The notes below the pieces were generated by a model that saw nothing but the letters and a program-made list of their open reading frames with translations, searched no databases and was not told the DNA's origin. From IMG/VR virus record IMGVR_UViG_3300015171_000005, positions 1-59,504 of that record: a DNA stretch of 59,504 nucleotides; one strand, given 5' to 3'. The position numbers and the translations under genes are program-made. This document shows positions 17,079 to 25,891 of the stretch, in pieces. Within the stretch, counting starts at the first letter, position 1; each line of letters begins with the position of its first letter. Source of the DNA: a virus (lineage: Duplodnaviria > Caudoviricetes).

Positions 17079-18851
17079 ATGGCCGACCAGAAACCCCTAC
17101 GAATACTGACGACTGGCGAACAGTCGCAGTTCCAGACCGGCGATACGGTCGCCGTCGCCAACGGCGGCACGGGAGCCACTACTGCGTCGGCGGCGCGCAC
17201 GAGCTTGGGGCTCGTGATCGGTACCGACGTACAGGCGTACTCGGCGACCCTCGCGGCGTTCGCGGCGTACAACACCAACGGGCTCATCACACAGACGGCA
17301 GCGAATACCTACACGGGTAGGACGATCACCGGCACGGCGTCGAACATCACCGTTACGAACGGTGACGGTGTGGCGGGGAACCCGACGATCAACCTTGCGA
17401 CGGTCGCCAACGGCGGTACTGGCACGTTCGTCAAGATCACCATCGACACGTTCGGTCGCGTGACCGGCACGACTGCCGTGGTGTCTGCCGACATTTCAGG
17501 GCTGGTGGACTCGCGCTACTTGCAGCTTGGTGGCGGCACGCTGACGGGTAACTTGATCCTCAACGCCGATCCTTCATCGGCGCTTGGTGCTGCGACCAAG
17601 CAGTACGTCGATGGCGTCGCGGCGGGCCTCACCTACAAAGCGGCTGTGCGCGCAAAGACGACGGGCTCCAACATCACTCTGGCGAGCGCGGCTCCGAATA
17701 CGCTCGACGGCGTGACGCTCGCCGCGAACGACCGCATCTTGGTCACGGACCAGACAGCCCCTGCGGAAAACGGCATCTACTACGTCTCCACGCTCGGCAC
17801 GGGTGCGAACGGCGTATGGACGCGCTCGACGGACGCCAACACATCGGCGCAGGTTCCGGGCGGCACGACAGCCTTCGTGAACGAAGGCACAGCGAACGCG
17901 GATACCGCGTGGACCCTCATCACGAATAACCCCATCACGCTCGGTACGACGGGCCTGACTTTCTCGCAGACTTCAGGGCTCGGACAAGTTGTTGCGGGCG
18001 CGGGCCTCACCAAGACCGGCAACACGCTGGACGTGGGTACGCTCGCCACCACGCGCATCGTAGTGAACGCGGACACTATTGATTTGGGTCAGCCGGTCAT
18101 CGGCGGCTCGGGCGCAGCGTCGGGCATCACTAAGGTCACGGTGGACGTGTACGGGCGCGTGACGAACACCAGCACGGCGGTGCCTTCGGACATCGGCGCG
18201 CAGCCCGCGACGACCGCACTCACGAACCTTTCGGCGCTGGCAGGTACGGGGTTCCTCGCACAGACGAGTGGCACAGCGAATAACGGCGTCTTCGTGGAGC
18301 GCTCGCTGACGACGACCACGCTCACCATCACCAACCCGGCTGGCGTGGCGGGCAACCCGACGATCGACCTTACTTCCGGCATCGTCACAGCGTCTACCTA
18401 CACCAGCGTCACGGTGGACACCTACGGTCGCGTGACGGCGGGAACCAACCCCGCAGTGACGCAGTCCGGCGTGATGCTGACCAACAGCACGGGCTCGACG
18501 ATCGCCAAGCTGAAGGCTCTCTACAAGACGGCCACGGCAGACCAGATTGCGTTGGCCAACGCGAGCGCCTCGGGCACGATGCGCTTCATCGGCTTCGCGT
18601 CTGCGTCGATCAATACTGCGTCTACCGGCCTCGTGCTTACCAACGGCACGGCGGTCGGGCTCACGACGGACTGGGATGCGGTGACGGGCCAGTCGGGCGG
18701 CTTGACTCCGGGTGCCGTGTACTTCGTCTCCACAGTGACGGCGGGCAACATCACCAGTACGGCACCCACGACGGGGTGGCTGGTGCGCGTGGGTGTAGCG
18801 GTCTCCACGACGCAGATGCTCATCAACAAAGGCGAGCCGGTTCAGTTCTAA
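17079..18851 (+). CDS. fibre protein
   Basis: T/G/A-rich; repeated (V/I)T(V/I)D.(Y/F)GRVT and GVAGNPTI motifs; DRILV.DQT..AENGIY domain. Confidence 0.8.
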   Translation: MADQKPLRILTTGEQSQFQTGDTVAVANGGTGATTASAARTSLGLVIGTDVQAYSATLAAFAAYNTNGLITQTAANTYTGRTITGTASNITVTNGDGVAGNPTINLATVANGGTGTFVKITIDTFGRVTGTTAVVSADISGLVDSRYLQLGGGTLTGNLILNADPSSALGAATKQYVDGVAAGLTYKAAVRAKTTGSNITLASAAPNTLDGVTLAANDRILVTDQTAPAENGIYYVSTLGTGANGVWTRSTDANTSAQVPGGTTAFVNEGTANADTAWTLITNNPITLGTTGLTFSQTSGLGQVVAGAGLTKTGNTLDVGTLATTRIVVNADTIDLGQPVIGGSGAASGITKVTVDVYGRVTNTSTAVPSDIGAQPATTALTNLSALAGTGFLAQTSGTANNGVFVERSLTTTTLTITNPAGVAGNPTIDLTSGIVTASTYTSVTVDTYGRVTAGTNPAVTQSGVMLTNSTGSTIAKLKALYKTATADQIALANASASGTMRFIGFASASINTASTGLVLTNGTAVGLTTDWDAVTGQSGGLTPGAVYFVSTVTAGNITSTAPTTGWLVRVGVAVSTTQMLINKGEPVQF

Positions 18852-18860
18852 GGAAACCCC

Positions 18861-19064
18861 ATGGCCAACAAGAAACCGCTGGTTCTGGATGTCAACAACA
18901 CGGTCGTGCAGCAGATTCAAGCTGCCGACCTTGTTGATCCCGTGGCGCTCGGTACTGGGGCCGCAAGCTCTGCCAACTTCCTGCGCGGGGATGGAGCTTG
19001 GGCGACACCGCCCGGCACCATCGCTTCATACGAGTTTTCCTACTTGATGTACGGAGGTATGTGA
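18861..19064 (+). CDS. small virion protein
   Basis: TAAGGA RBS; LGTG.A....FLRGDG.W motif. Confidence 0.75.
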   Translation: MANKKPLVLDVNNTVVQQIQAADLVDPVALGTGAASSANFLRGDGAWATPPGTIASYEFSYLMYGGM

Positions 19065-19065
19065 T

Positions 19066-19464
19066 ATGGCTGCTTCTCCCGTTTATCCCGGCGCACCGAA
19101 GAACCCGGTCATCACCATCGTCAACGCGGACGGCACAGCGAAGAAAACGCTGTACACCGCTGGTGCGAGCGGCGCGAAGATCGGCTCGCTCAGTGTCGCT
19201 TCGGATGACACAGCCGCGCATGACATTCAGGTGTGGCTCACGAAGAGCGCCGTGGATTATCTCGTCGCGACAATCGCCGTGGCGGCAGGCGCGGGGAATA
19301 CGAGCGGCGTCGTGCAGTTGAATATGCTGCCGCTCCTTCTGAGCCTCATGGACCCGGCTGGCTTCCTGCTCCTTGAAGCTTCGGCGATCTTGAAGGTGAA
19401 CGCGGTCGTGGCTGTCACCGCCGCGAAGACGATGTACTTCACCGGCACCGGGGCAGACTTCTAA
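19066..19464 (+). CDS. virion structural protein
   Basis: GGAGG RBS; TAATG coupling downstream. Confidence 0.75.
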   Translation: MAASPVYPGAPKNPVITIVNADGTAKKTLYTAGASGAKIGSLSVASDDTAAHDIQVWLTKSAVDYLVATIAVAAGAGNTSGVVQLNMLPLLLSLMDPAGFLLLEASAILKVNAVVAVTAAKTMYFTGTGADF

Positions 19465-20804
19465 TGCGCGCGGGCCTGTACGCGGATTTCCCGAACCCGA
19501 CGCAGCGCGTCCATACGATTGGCACGTCGCCTGCGCCTTGGCACGCCTCGTACTTCAGTGGCGTGTTGCAGGTTGGTGTGAATGCTTTTGCGACGGGGGC
19601 GGGAGTAGGAGAGTCGTACGTCAGCAATAATTTGTACTACGAACTGCGCGGTTGGGTTTATCAGTCAGCGATGGCGGGCAGTCTTTTTAGCCAAGTGCTT
19701 GGCCGGTTCGAGTGGTACACCGCACCTACGGGAGTTGCTAAAGCTGTTGCAACGACCACGCTGCGCATGACGTTGGATGCGAACGGCAATCTCGGCATCG
19801 GGGTGACGCCTTCTGGCGGCCTACTTCATGTCCACTCGACCTCGCTCGACAGCCAAGTCTATGTATCCAGCGGTGCGCCGCGCATCGCGCTCGGGGATAA
19901 CGCCGTCTATGCGTCAGCCACGAATCGTGTTCGTATTGCGATGCCGACAGCGGCGAATAACTTTCTCGCTGGTACAGCCGCAGGCGACTTGCTTGTCTTT
20001 ACCGAGCACGTAACAGGATCGGGTTACGCCTCGCCGGAAGGCAACATCATCTTCGCTACAGCCTCGGGCAATTCATCCGCGATCACGGAACGTATGCGGA
20101 TTTCTGGCGCAGGCAACGTCGGCATCGGCGGAACGCCTAGCGGAATTTTCCATGTGTACGCCGCTCAACCGACGATGTACTTCTCCGACACCACGGCGGG
20201 CGCGGCAAACAACACCACATCTTTTATCTTTCACCAGAAAGACACTAACGCCACGCTGCGAGAAGCCGCCGCGATCAAGGCGATCTCGATAGCACCCGGA
20301 GCTTCGGCCGTAGGGTCCGATCTTGCTTTCTTCACGGCGAACAACGCCGCAGATGCCGAGCAGCTTCGCCTGACGTCAGATGGTCGCTTGTACGGCAAAT
20401 CGCTCCACAACAACGCCGGAGCCATCACCGGCACCACGAATCAGTACATCGCCAGCGGGACTGAAGCGACCTACACCGCAGCCCCCGTCGCCGTAGGCAA
20501 CTGCTCTGCGTTAACGGTCAACAAGGCCCTATATACGCGACTCGGCAACATCGTTGATGTCGCTGTAAGCGTCAACCTGACCGTCACAACTGGCGCCGTT
20601 CAAACAACATTCAATGTGACCGTTCCAGTGGCCTCCGCGTTCGCTCTTGGGGAAAACGCAATGGGGGTCGTGATGGACATAAATAATCTGGTTGCGGGGC
20701 AGGTTGTCGCCCCCGGCGCCGCGAATACGGCGCAGGGGACATGGATACCAACCACGAACGGCGTCCACACGGTTCGACTGCATTTCAGATATGTAGTGAC
20801 GTGA
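19464..20804 (+). CDS. tail fibre / receptor-binding protein
   Basis: Repeated RM.(L/I)...GN.GIG..P...LHV motif. Confidence 0.8.
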   Translation: MRAGLYADFPNPTQRVHTIGTSPAPWHASYFSGVLQVGVNAFATGAGVGESYVSNNLYYELRGWVYQSAMAGSLFSQVLGRFEWYTAPTGVAKAVATTTLRMTLDANGNLGIGVTPSGGLLHVHSTSLDSQVYVSSGAPRIALGDNAVYASATNRVRIAMPTAANNFLAGTAAGDLLVFTEHVTGSGYASPEGNIIFATASGNSSAITERMRISGAGNVGIGGTPSGIFHVYAAQPTMYFSDTTAGAANNTTSFIFHQKDTNATLREAAAIKAISIAPGASAVGSDLAFFTANNAADAEQLRLTSDGRLYGKSLHNNAGAITGTTNQYIASGTEATYTAAPVAVGNCSALTVNKALYTRLGNIVDVAVSVNLTVTTGAVQTTFNVTVPVASAFALGENAMGVVMDINNLVAGQVVAPGAANTAQGTWIPTTNGVHTVRLHFRYVVT

Positions 20805-21091
20805 TGGAACATTCTTGGCACCCACGCGCCGCCGCAATCGTGTTGAATCGAGCCATGACTAAAATCCTGACCGTCATCCTGCTGGCCCTTTCGCTCACCG
20901 CTGCGGCGCAGAACCCGTTGGCGCGCGTCGCCACAACGGAGCCCGCGCAAGCCGTTACGAGTTTTGTGAACGGATGGAGTAGCGGCTTCGCGTGGAACGT
21001 GCCCGCTCGGTTCTTCTGTGCCGGCGGGATGGTGCATCTGCAAGGCATAGCCATGAACGCTGTCGACCACCACCACCACGAGGAGCCACAA

Positions 21092-21475
21092 ATGAAAGTC
21101 ACCACGAAACAAGTCCGCGAAGCCGCCCCTGCACTCACCGAACTCGCGCAAATGCCGCTGCCGTCCGCTGTCGCCTTGCGCGTCATGCTGACCATCCGCG
21201 CGCTGCGCGATCCGATGAGCGCCTTCGATGAAGTGTGGGCCAAGCTGCTTACCGAAGTCGGCGAGCCCATCAAGGAGCAGCCGGGCCAGTTCACCATCAA
21301 CGACATCGAGAAATTCAATACCGAGAGCAAGGCGCTGCATGAGCAGGAAATCGAAATCAAGGTGAAGCAGATCGCGTTCGCCGACCTGAAGCCATTCGCG
21401 CTCAAGGCGCAGACGTTGCTGGCGCTCGACTGGCTCATCACCGGGCTGGACGAGGGCATGGAAGCAGATGTCTAA
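21092..21475 (+). CDS. hypothetical protein (fibre-associated position)
   Basis: GAGGAG RBS before MKVTTKQ; the frame is open upstream to an ATG at 20855. Confidence 0.7.
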   Translation: MKVTTKQVREAAPALTELAQMPLPSAVALRVMLTIRALRDPMSAFDEVWAKLLTEVGEPIKEQPGQFTINDIEKFNTESKALHEQEIEIKVKQIAFADLKPFALKAQTLLALDWLITGLDEGMEADV

Positions 21476-21492
21476 CGTATTAGGGAGATGTG

Positions 21493-21798
21493 ATGTTCGA
21501 ACTGAAAACGGCTTTCGAAATTCTGCTGATGATCGCGGGTGCCAGCTTGGCGCTTGTAGTTCATAACAACAAGGAGTCCATCTCGGAAGTCAAAAAGGAA
21601 ATCATGCACATGAAGAATGATCATCAAGCGCATGCGCTCATCGTCGCTGACTTGCGCGAAGATATTCCACGCAGGTACGCGACGATCGAAGACCTCGATA
21701 AATCGGTGCGTCGTTTCGACGACACCGTTGAGAGGGTGTTCAGTTCTCTGGCGCGTATCGAAGATCGCATCAATCACATCAATAGAACCGGGAAATGA
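21493..21798 (+). CDS. small TM + coiled-coil lysis-cassette protein
   Basis: N-terminal TM segment; coupled to the endolysin. Confidence 0.65.
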   Translation: MFELKTAFEILLMIAGASLALVVHNNKESISEVKKEIMHMKNDHQAHALIVADLREDIPRRYATIEDLDKSVRRFDDTVERVFSSLARIEDRINHINRTGK

Positions 21799-22328
21799 TC
21801 TCTGTGCAGACCTTGCGCTACATCATGCCGCTCATCACGGATGCGCATGCGCAGGCGTTTGTACAGCCGCTGGAAGATGCCATGGAGCTTGGCGAAATCA
21901 ATACGCCGCTTCGTCAGGCGATGTTCTTGGCGCAGCTTGCGCATGAATCGGGGGAGTTCCGGTACATGCGCGAGCTTGCCAGCGGCAAGGAGTACGAAGG
22001 TCGTCACGACCTCGGCAACGTGCATGATGGTGACGGCGAGAAGTATAAAGGGCGCGGGCCGATTCAGATCACGGGGTACGACAATTACCAGAAGTGCTCG
22101 CTGGCCCTGTTCAACGACGAGCGCTTGCTCGACAACCCCGGCCTTCTGGAGCAGCCCGAAGTAGGGTGCGTCGCGGCTGCGTGGTTCTGGGGCGAGCACA
22201 AGCTGAACGAGTTCGCCGATCTCGGCGATATCCGCACCGTCACCAAGCGCATCAATGGAGGCTACAACGGCATCGACATGCGCCAGCACTACTACACACG
22301 CGCCAAAGAAGCGCTGGGGGTCGAATGA
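21795..22328 (+). CDS. endolysin, glycoside hydrolase family 19
   Basis: FLAQ.AHESG, YKGRGPIQITG..NY, AAWFW, TKRINGG.NG...R motifs. Confidence 0.95.
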   Translation: MISVQTLRYIMPLITDAHAQAFVQPLEDAMELGEINTPLRQAMFLAQLAHESGEFRYMRELASGKEYEGRHDLGNVHDGDGEKYKGRGPIQITGYDNYQKCSLALFNDERLLDNPGLLEQPEVGCVAAAWFWGEHKLNEFADLGDIRTVTKRINGGYNGIDMRQHYYTRAKEALGVE

Positions 22329-22750
22329 AAAATCTGTGGCTCGATTTCTGGCATGAACTGAAAGAACTTACAGCGGACGCCGTGAACGCCATGAGTTTCT
22401 GGGAGGCGGCGATCGTGGCGCTGTTCGTTCTTTTCTGCGTCGTGTTGTATCGACTTGATCGCGAGCGCGGCGGCAGCAAGTTCTACTTTCGTGATTTCTT
22501 TTCATCCGGTGACTGGGACGGCAAGGCCAGCACGCCCCGGCTTGGATATTTCTGCGCTTTGCTCACGCATTCGCTCGTTATCTTGCATCAGGAGATGAAG
22601 AACGGCATTGAATATCCGATGGCTTCCTTGTACGCGCTGATCTGGTCTGGTGCCTACGTCGCGCTGAAAGCCATTGACATGAAAGCTGCCCAGACCGTTT
22701 CGACTGAACCTAAAAAGGAGCCGACCAATGCTGCGCCTGCTACTCCTTAG
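22325..22750 (+). CDS. holin-like membrane protein
   Basis: About three hydrophobic segments; coupled to the endolysin. Confidence 0.6.
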   Translation: MKNLWLDFWHELKELTADAVNAMSFWEAAIVALFVLFCVVLYRLDRERGGSKFYFRDFFSSGDWDGKASTPRLGYFCALLTHSLVILHQEMKNGIEYPMASLYALIWSGAYVALKAIDMKAAQTVSTEPKKEPTNAAPATP

Positions 22751-22976
22751 CATTTTCATGGCCCCCGCGTCGGCTGACGATACCGTGCAGCTTCGCGTCA
22801 ACGAATGCAAGATGCCCGACTGCGTGATGGTGAACGCTCGCGATTTGGAGAGCGCACTTGCGCAGCACAACGCCATGGTGGATCGCATTGCTGAACTCGA
22901 AGCGCAGTTGGCGCACAGCAAGGAGTTCCCGAAGTGCGGTGTTCTCGAAGTCGTTCCTAAAGGAAGGGGAGTCTGA
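22728..22976 (+). CDS. small exported protein
   Basis: AAGGAG RBS; signal peptide-like N-terminus. Confidence 0.65.
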   Translation: MLRLLLLSIFMAPASADDTVQLRVNECKMPDCVMVNARDLESALAQHNAMVDRIAELEAQLAHSKEFPKCGVLEVVPKGRGV

Positions 22977-23389
22977 TGGGCCCGATCGCTTGGATCAAGA
23001 ATAACCTCATCATCATCCTGCTGGTGATCTGCGGAGTCCAGTTCGTCTTCGGCGGTGTCGGCACGCTCTGGTACAGGCATCTGTACCACAGCGCGCAGGC
23101 CGACGTGAAGGTCGCGGAAAGCAACTTCGCTTTGTGCAAAGCAGGCAACGAAGCCTTGTCTAAATCGATCGAGCGCGTGAATGAAGCCACGCTCGCCAAT
23201 AAGAAGGCGAGCGACGATCTTGCGGCATCGGCTCAAGCACTCACGGCGAGTGCCGAGATCATCGCCAAGGGCCCGCAGAGCGTCGCCCAGATGCTGCACA
23301 ACTTCAAGCCCACCGCCGCTGCCAAGACGCCGTGCGATGCCGAGCATCAGGGTATCGACGCGTTCTTCAAAGCGAAGGAGCCGAAATGA
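22976..23389 (+). CDS. i-spanin (Rz-like)
   Basis: N-terminal TM then coiled coil; precedes a lipoprotein. Confidence 0.7.
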   Translation: MGPIAWIKNNLIIILLVICGVQFVFGGVGTLWYRHLYHSAQADVKVAESNFALCKAGNEALSKSIERVNEATLANKKASDDLAASAQALTASAEIIAKGPQSVAQMLHNFKPTAAAKTPCDAEHQGIDAFFKAKEPK

Positions 23390-23760
23390 AAACGATGGAA
23401 ATCCGCATCATCTTTCTCGTTCTCGTGCTGCTTTGCGTCGTCATGCTGACCGCGTGCAGCGGCGTGGCTCCGGTCGTCGTCACGTCGAAAGACGTGCTGA
23501 TCCCCGGCACTCAGGTACCATGCCCGGCAGTTCCGCCACCCATGCCGGTGTGGGCGACGGACGTACTGCCGAAGACCGCAACGTACATGCAGAAGATTCT
23601 CGCGATGGGTGAAGAGATCAACCAGCGCGCTGCGTACGAGATCAAGGTCAAGGCAGCACTCGAAGGATGCATCGGCAAGCAAGTGCAGTCCCCTGTTGTA
23701 CAACCAGCACCAACCACGTTCGCGGATCGCTTCAAGGCAATCCTGAATCGTGGTCACTAA
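23386..23760 (+). CDS. o-spanin (Rz1-like lipoprotein)
   Basis: Lipobox LTAC; Pro-rich segment; AAGGAG RBS. Confidence 0.75.
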   Translation: MKTMEIRIIFLVLVLLCVVMLTACSGVAPVVVTSKDVLIPGTQVPCPAVPPPMPVWATDVLPKTATYMQKILAMGEEINQRAAYEIKVKAALEGCIGKQVQSPVVQPAPTTFADRFKAILNRGH

Positions 23761-23770
23761 AGGAGCACCC

Positions 23771-24511
23771 ATGGACTTCGGAACAGTTCTCATCATTGCG
23801 TTCGTCGCGTTGGCGATCGTCGGCGGGCTTATCGCCCTCGCTGTCTACAAGCACAACAACCCCAGCAAGCTCGCGCAATTTGAAGCGCAAGCAAGGGCTG
23901 AGTACAACGGCCTTCGTTCGAGCTTCGGACACAGTCCTGCCGCCGATGCACCCGAGCCGCCGCACCCTGCCATCGTTGCCGCAGTCACGGCGCTCCAGCA
24001 GGCCACCGCAGCGGTCGTGCAGGCCAAGGCTCCGGTATCCGGTGCGCCGTCGAACTTCGGTTACGGCGGTGATAGCCCGTACGCGGGCAAGGTCGGCCCC
24101 AACGGCTACCCGCTCGACACGCGCGGCTTCGAGATCGTGCCGGAAGCGGTAGCTGCTGCAAAACCCTTTGACGCGGACTCGTGGGCGCTGGGGCAGGGCT
24201 ACGCTTGGACTGCCGTCGTCGGGAGCATGGATGCGAAGCCCGGCTTCGATTTCCCGGTGCTCGCCGATGGCAACTACCACATCGACGGCGGGTGGGGCGC
24301 TGCGGACAGCGAGGCGAAATGGCGCATCGTGAAAGACGGCCTGCTGCTGAAGGAAGAAGACTGCGGCGGCACTCCGTTCAAGCTCACCGCAGGTGTCGCT
24401 CAGTTCTATTGCGAGGCGAACAAAGCCGCGCTGCCTGACGCGGTGCTTGCGGCTCGTGCCGGTAGCGGCGGCGTGACGCGCGTGAATTACATCTTGCGCA
24501 GGGATTTCTAA
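23771..24511 (+). CDS. membrane-anchored hypothetical protein
   Basis: AAGGAG RBS; N-terminal TM segment. Confidence 0.75.
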   Translation: MDFGTVLIIAFVALAIVGGLIALAVYKHNNPSKLAQFEAQARAEYNGLRSSFGHSPAADAPEPPHPAIVAAVTALQQATAAVVQAKAPVSGAPSNFGYGGDSPYAGKVGPNGYPLDTRGFEIVPEAVAAAKPFDADSWALGQGYAWTAVVGSMDAKPGFDFPVLADGNYHIDGGWGAADSEAKWRIVKDGLLLKEEDCGGTPFKLTAGVAQFYCEANKAALPDAVLAARAGSGGVTRVNYILRRDF

Positions 24512-24535
24512 AGTATCGCGGCCATCTGTCCACCA

Positions 24536-24591
24536 GCGGGGGGTGTGGGGCCGGATCGGGACGTGGCCCGGAATAACCCCCCGCACTTTTT
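24536..24591 (+). terminator. terminator-like long hairpin
   Basis: GCGGGGGG...CCCCCCGC with an inner GGGCC/GGCCC stem, followed by a T run. Confidence 0.55.
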
Positions 24592-24607
24592 CTAGGGAGC
24601 ATTTTTA

Positions 24608-25891
24608 ATGGCTGACCTGCAAGTCCCCCCCTACAAAGGTGGCCCGATGAAAGGGTGGGCCGAAGGCATGGACAATAGGTTGTCCAATACCGAGATGCCC
24701 GCTTCGCGCTTGCGCAACATCGTGAACGGCGTCATGACGGCGCAGAATAGAATTCGTCGTCGTCGGGGTATTTCTCAAGTCATCGCCGACGCCAATGCTC
24801 ACAGCGTCTATTCGGACGGCTCGCGGCTTTTCTGGGCGACCCCGACTGCGTTGAAGGTCGCCACCCCGCCGTTCTTCGCTCCCGTCACTGTGCTCACGAA
24901 TGTTCGGCTCGTCGCGCCGTTGAGCTTTGTTTTCGTGAACGGCGTCGTTTACTTCTCGAACGAGCAGATCAACGGCACGATCGACGTGAACGGCGTGTAC
25001 GCGCCTTGGGGCATCATTCCTCCTTCCGTAGCTCCTGCTTGTGTGAGTGTCGATTCCTACGCCACCAAGGACAAACTATTCCAAGTGACATGTACATTCG
25101 CGTTGGCTTCGGGCGAAGAGTCTGGTGCTCCGTTGGGCGTGCAAGTGTCTTGTGGAGATGTTCCTTCTATTGCGCTCACCAACATCCCGCAGTCGTCGGA
25201 TTCCCGCGTAACGGGGACGCGAATCTACGCGACGGACATAGACGGCGATAATTTCTACTTTCAGGCGTTCGTCCCTGCTGGCGTGACATCGACGACGATC
25301 CAAGGGCCGTTTAGCGGCGGCGATATGCTTGATACGCAGTTCATGCAGCCTCCTCCCCCCGGCCAGCTTCTGTCGTTCATCAACGGGCGCATCTATATCG
25401 CTTCGGGGAACATCGTCTACATGACTCAGCCGATGCGCTACGGCATATGCAATTTGGGCGCTCTCGGCGACAAGCAGCACGACTTCTACATGTTCCCGCA
25501 ACGCGTCACGCTGCTGAAAGCTGTCGATAACGGCTGTTTCGTGTCTTCGGATATTACTTATTTCATGTCCGACAGCGGCACGCCGAAAGCGCAGCTTCAA
25601 CCGCGCTTGCCTTACAAGGCGTACGAAGGCATGGCCTGCGACGTGCCGAATACTCGCGATGTGATGTGGTTTTCCGAGCGGGGTTTTGTTCTCGGCAAAT
25701 CGGACGGAGCAGTAAAAAATCTGGTCGAAGACCAGATAGCCGTCGATAGCATGCTGCGTGGTTGCATCGGCTTCATCGAGCAGAATGGCGTCAAGACGGT
25801 GGTCGCTATCTCTCGCGACAGCGTCGTTAGCCCGTTGGCGGCGGATGACTATGTTTCTGCCGAAGCTACGCGCATCTCGGAGCTTGCGTGA
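24608..25891 (+). CDS. tail structural protein (nozzle/head-closure-like)
   Basis: 427 aa; G.DN...LRN..N...R.RRRG N-terminus; beta-rich. Confidence 0.65.
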   Translation: MADLQVPPYKGGPMKGWAEGMDNRLSNTEMPASRLRNIVNGVMTAQNRIRRRRGISQVIADANAHSVYSDGSRLFWATPTALKVATPPFFAPVTVLTNVRLVAPLSFVFVNGVVYFSNEQINGTIDVNGVYAPWGIIPPSVAPACVSVDSYATKDKLFQVTCTFALASGEESGAPLGVQVSCGDVPSIALTNIPQSSDSRVTGTRIYATDIDGDNFYFQAFVPAGVTSTTIQGPFSGGDMLDTQFMQPPPPGQLLSFINGRIYIASGNIVYMTQPMRYGICNLGALGDKQHDFYMFPQRVTLLKAVDNGCFVSSDITYFMSDSGTPKAQLQPRLPYKAYEGMACDVPNTRDVMWFSERGFVLGKSDGAVKNLVEDQIAVDSMLRGCIGFIEQNGVKTVVAISRDSVVSPLAADDYVSAEATRISELA

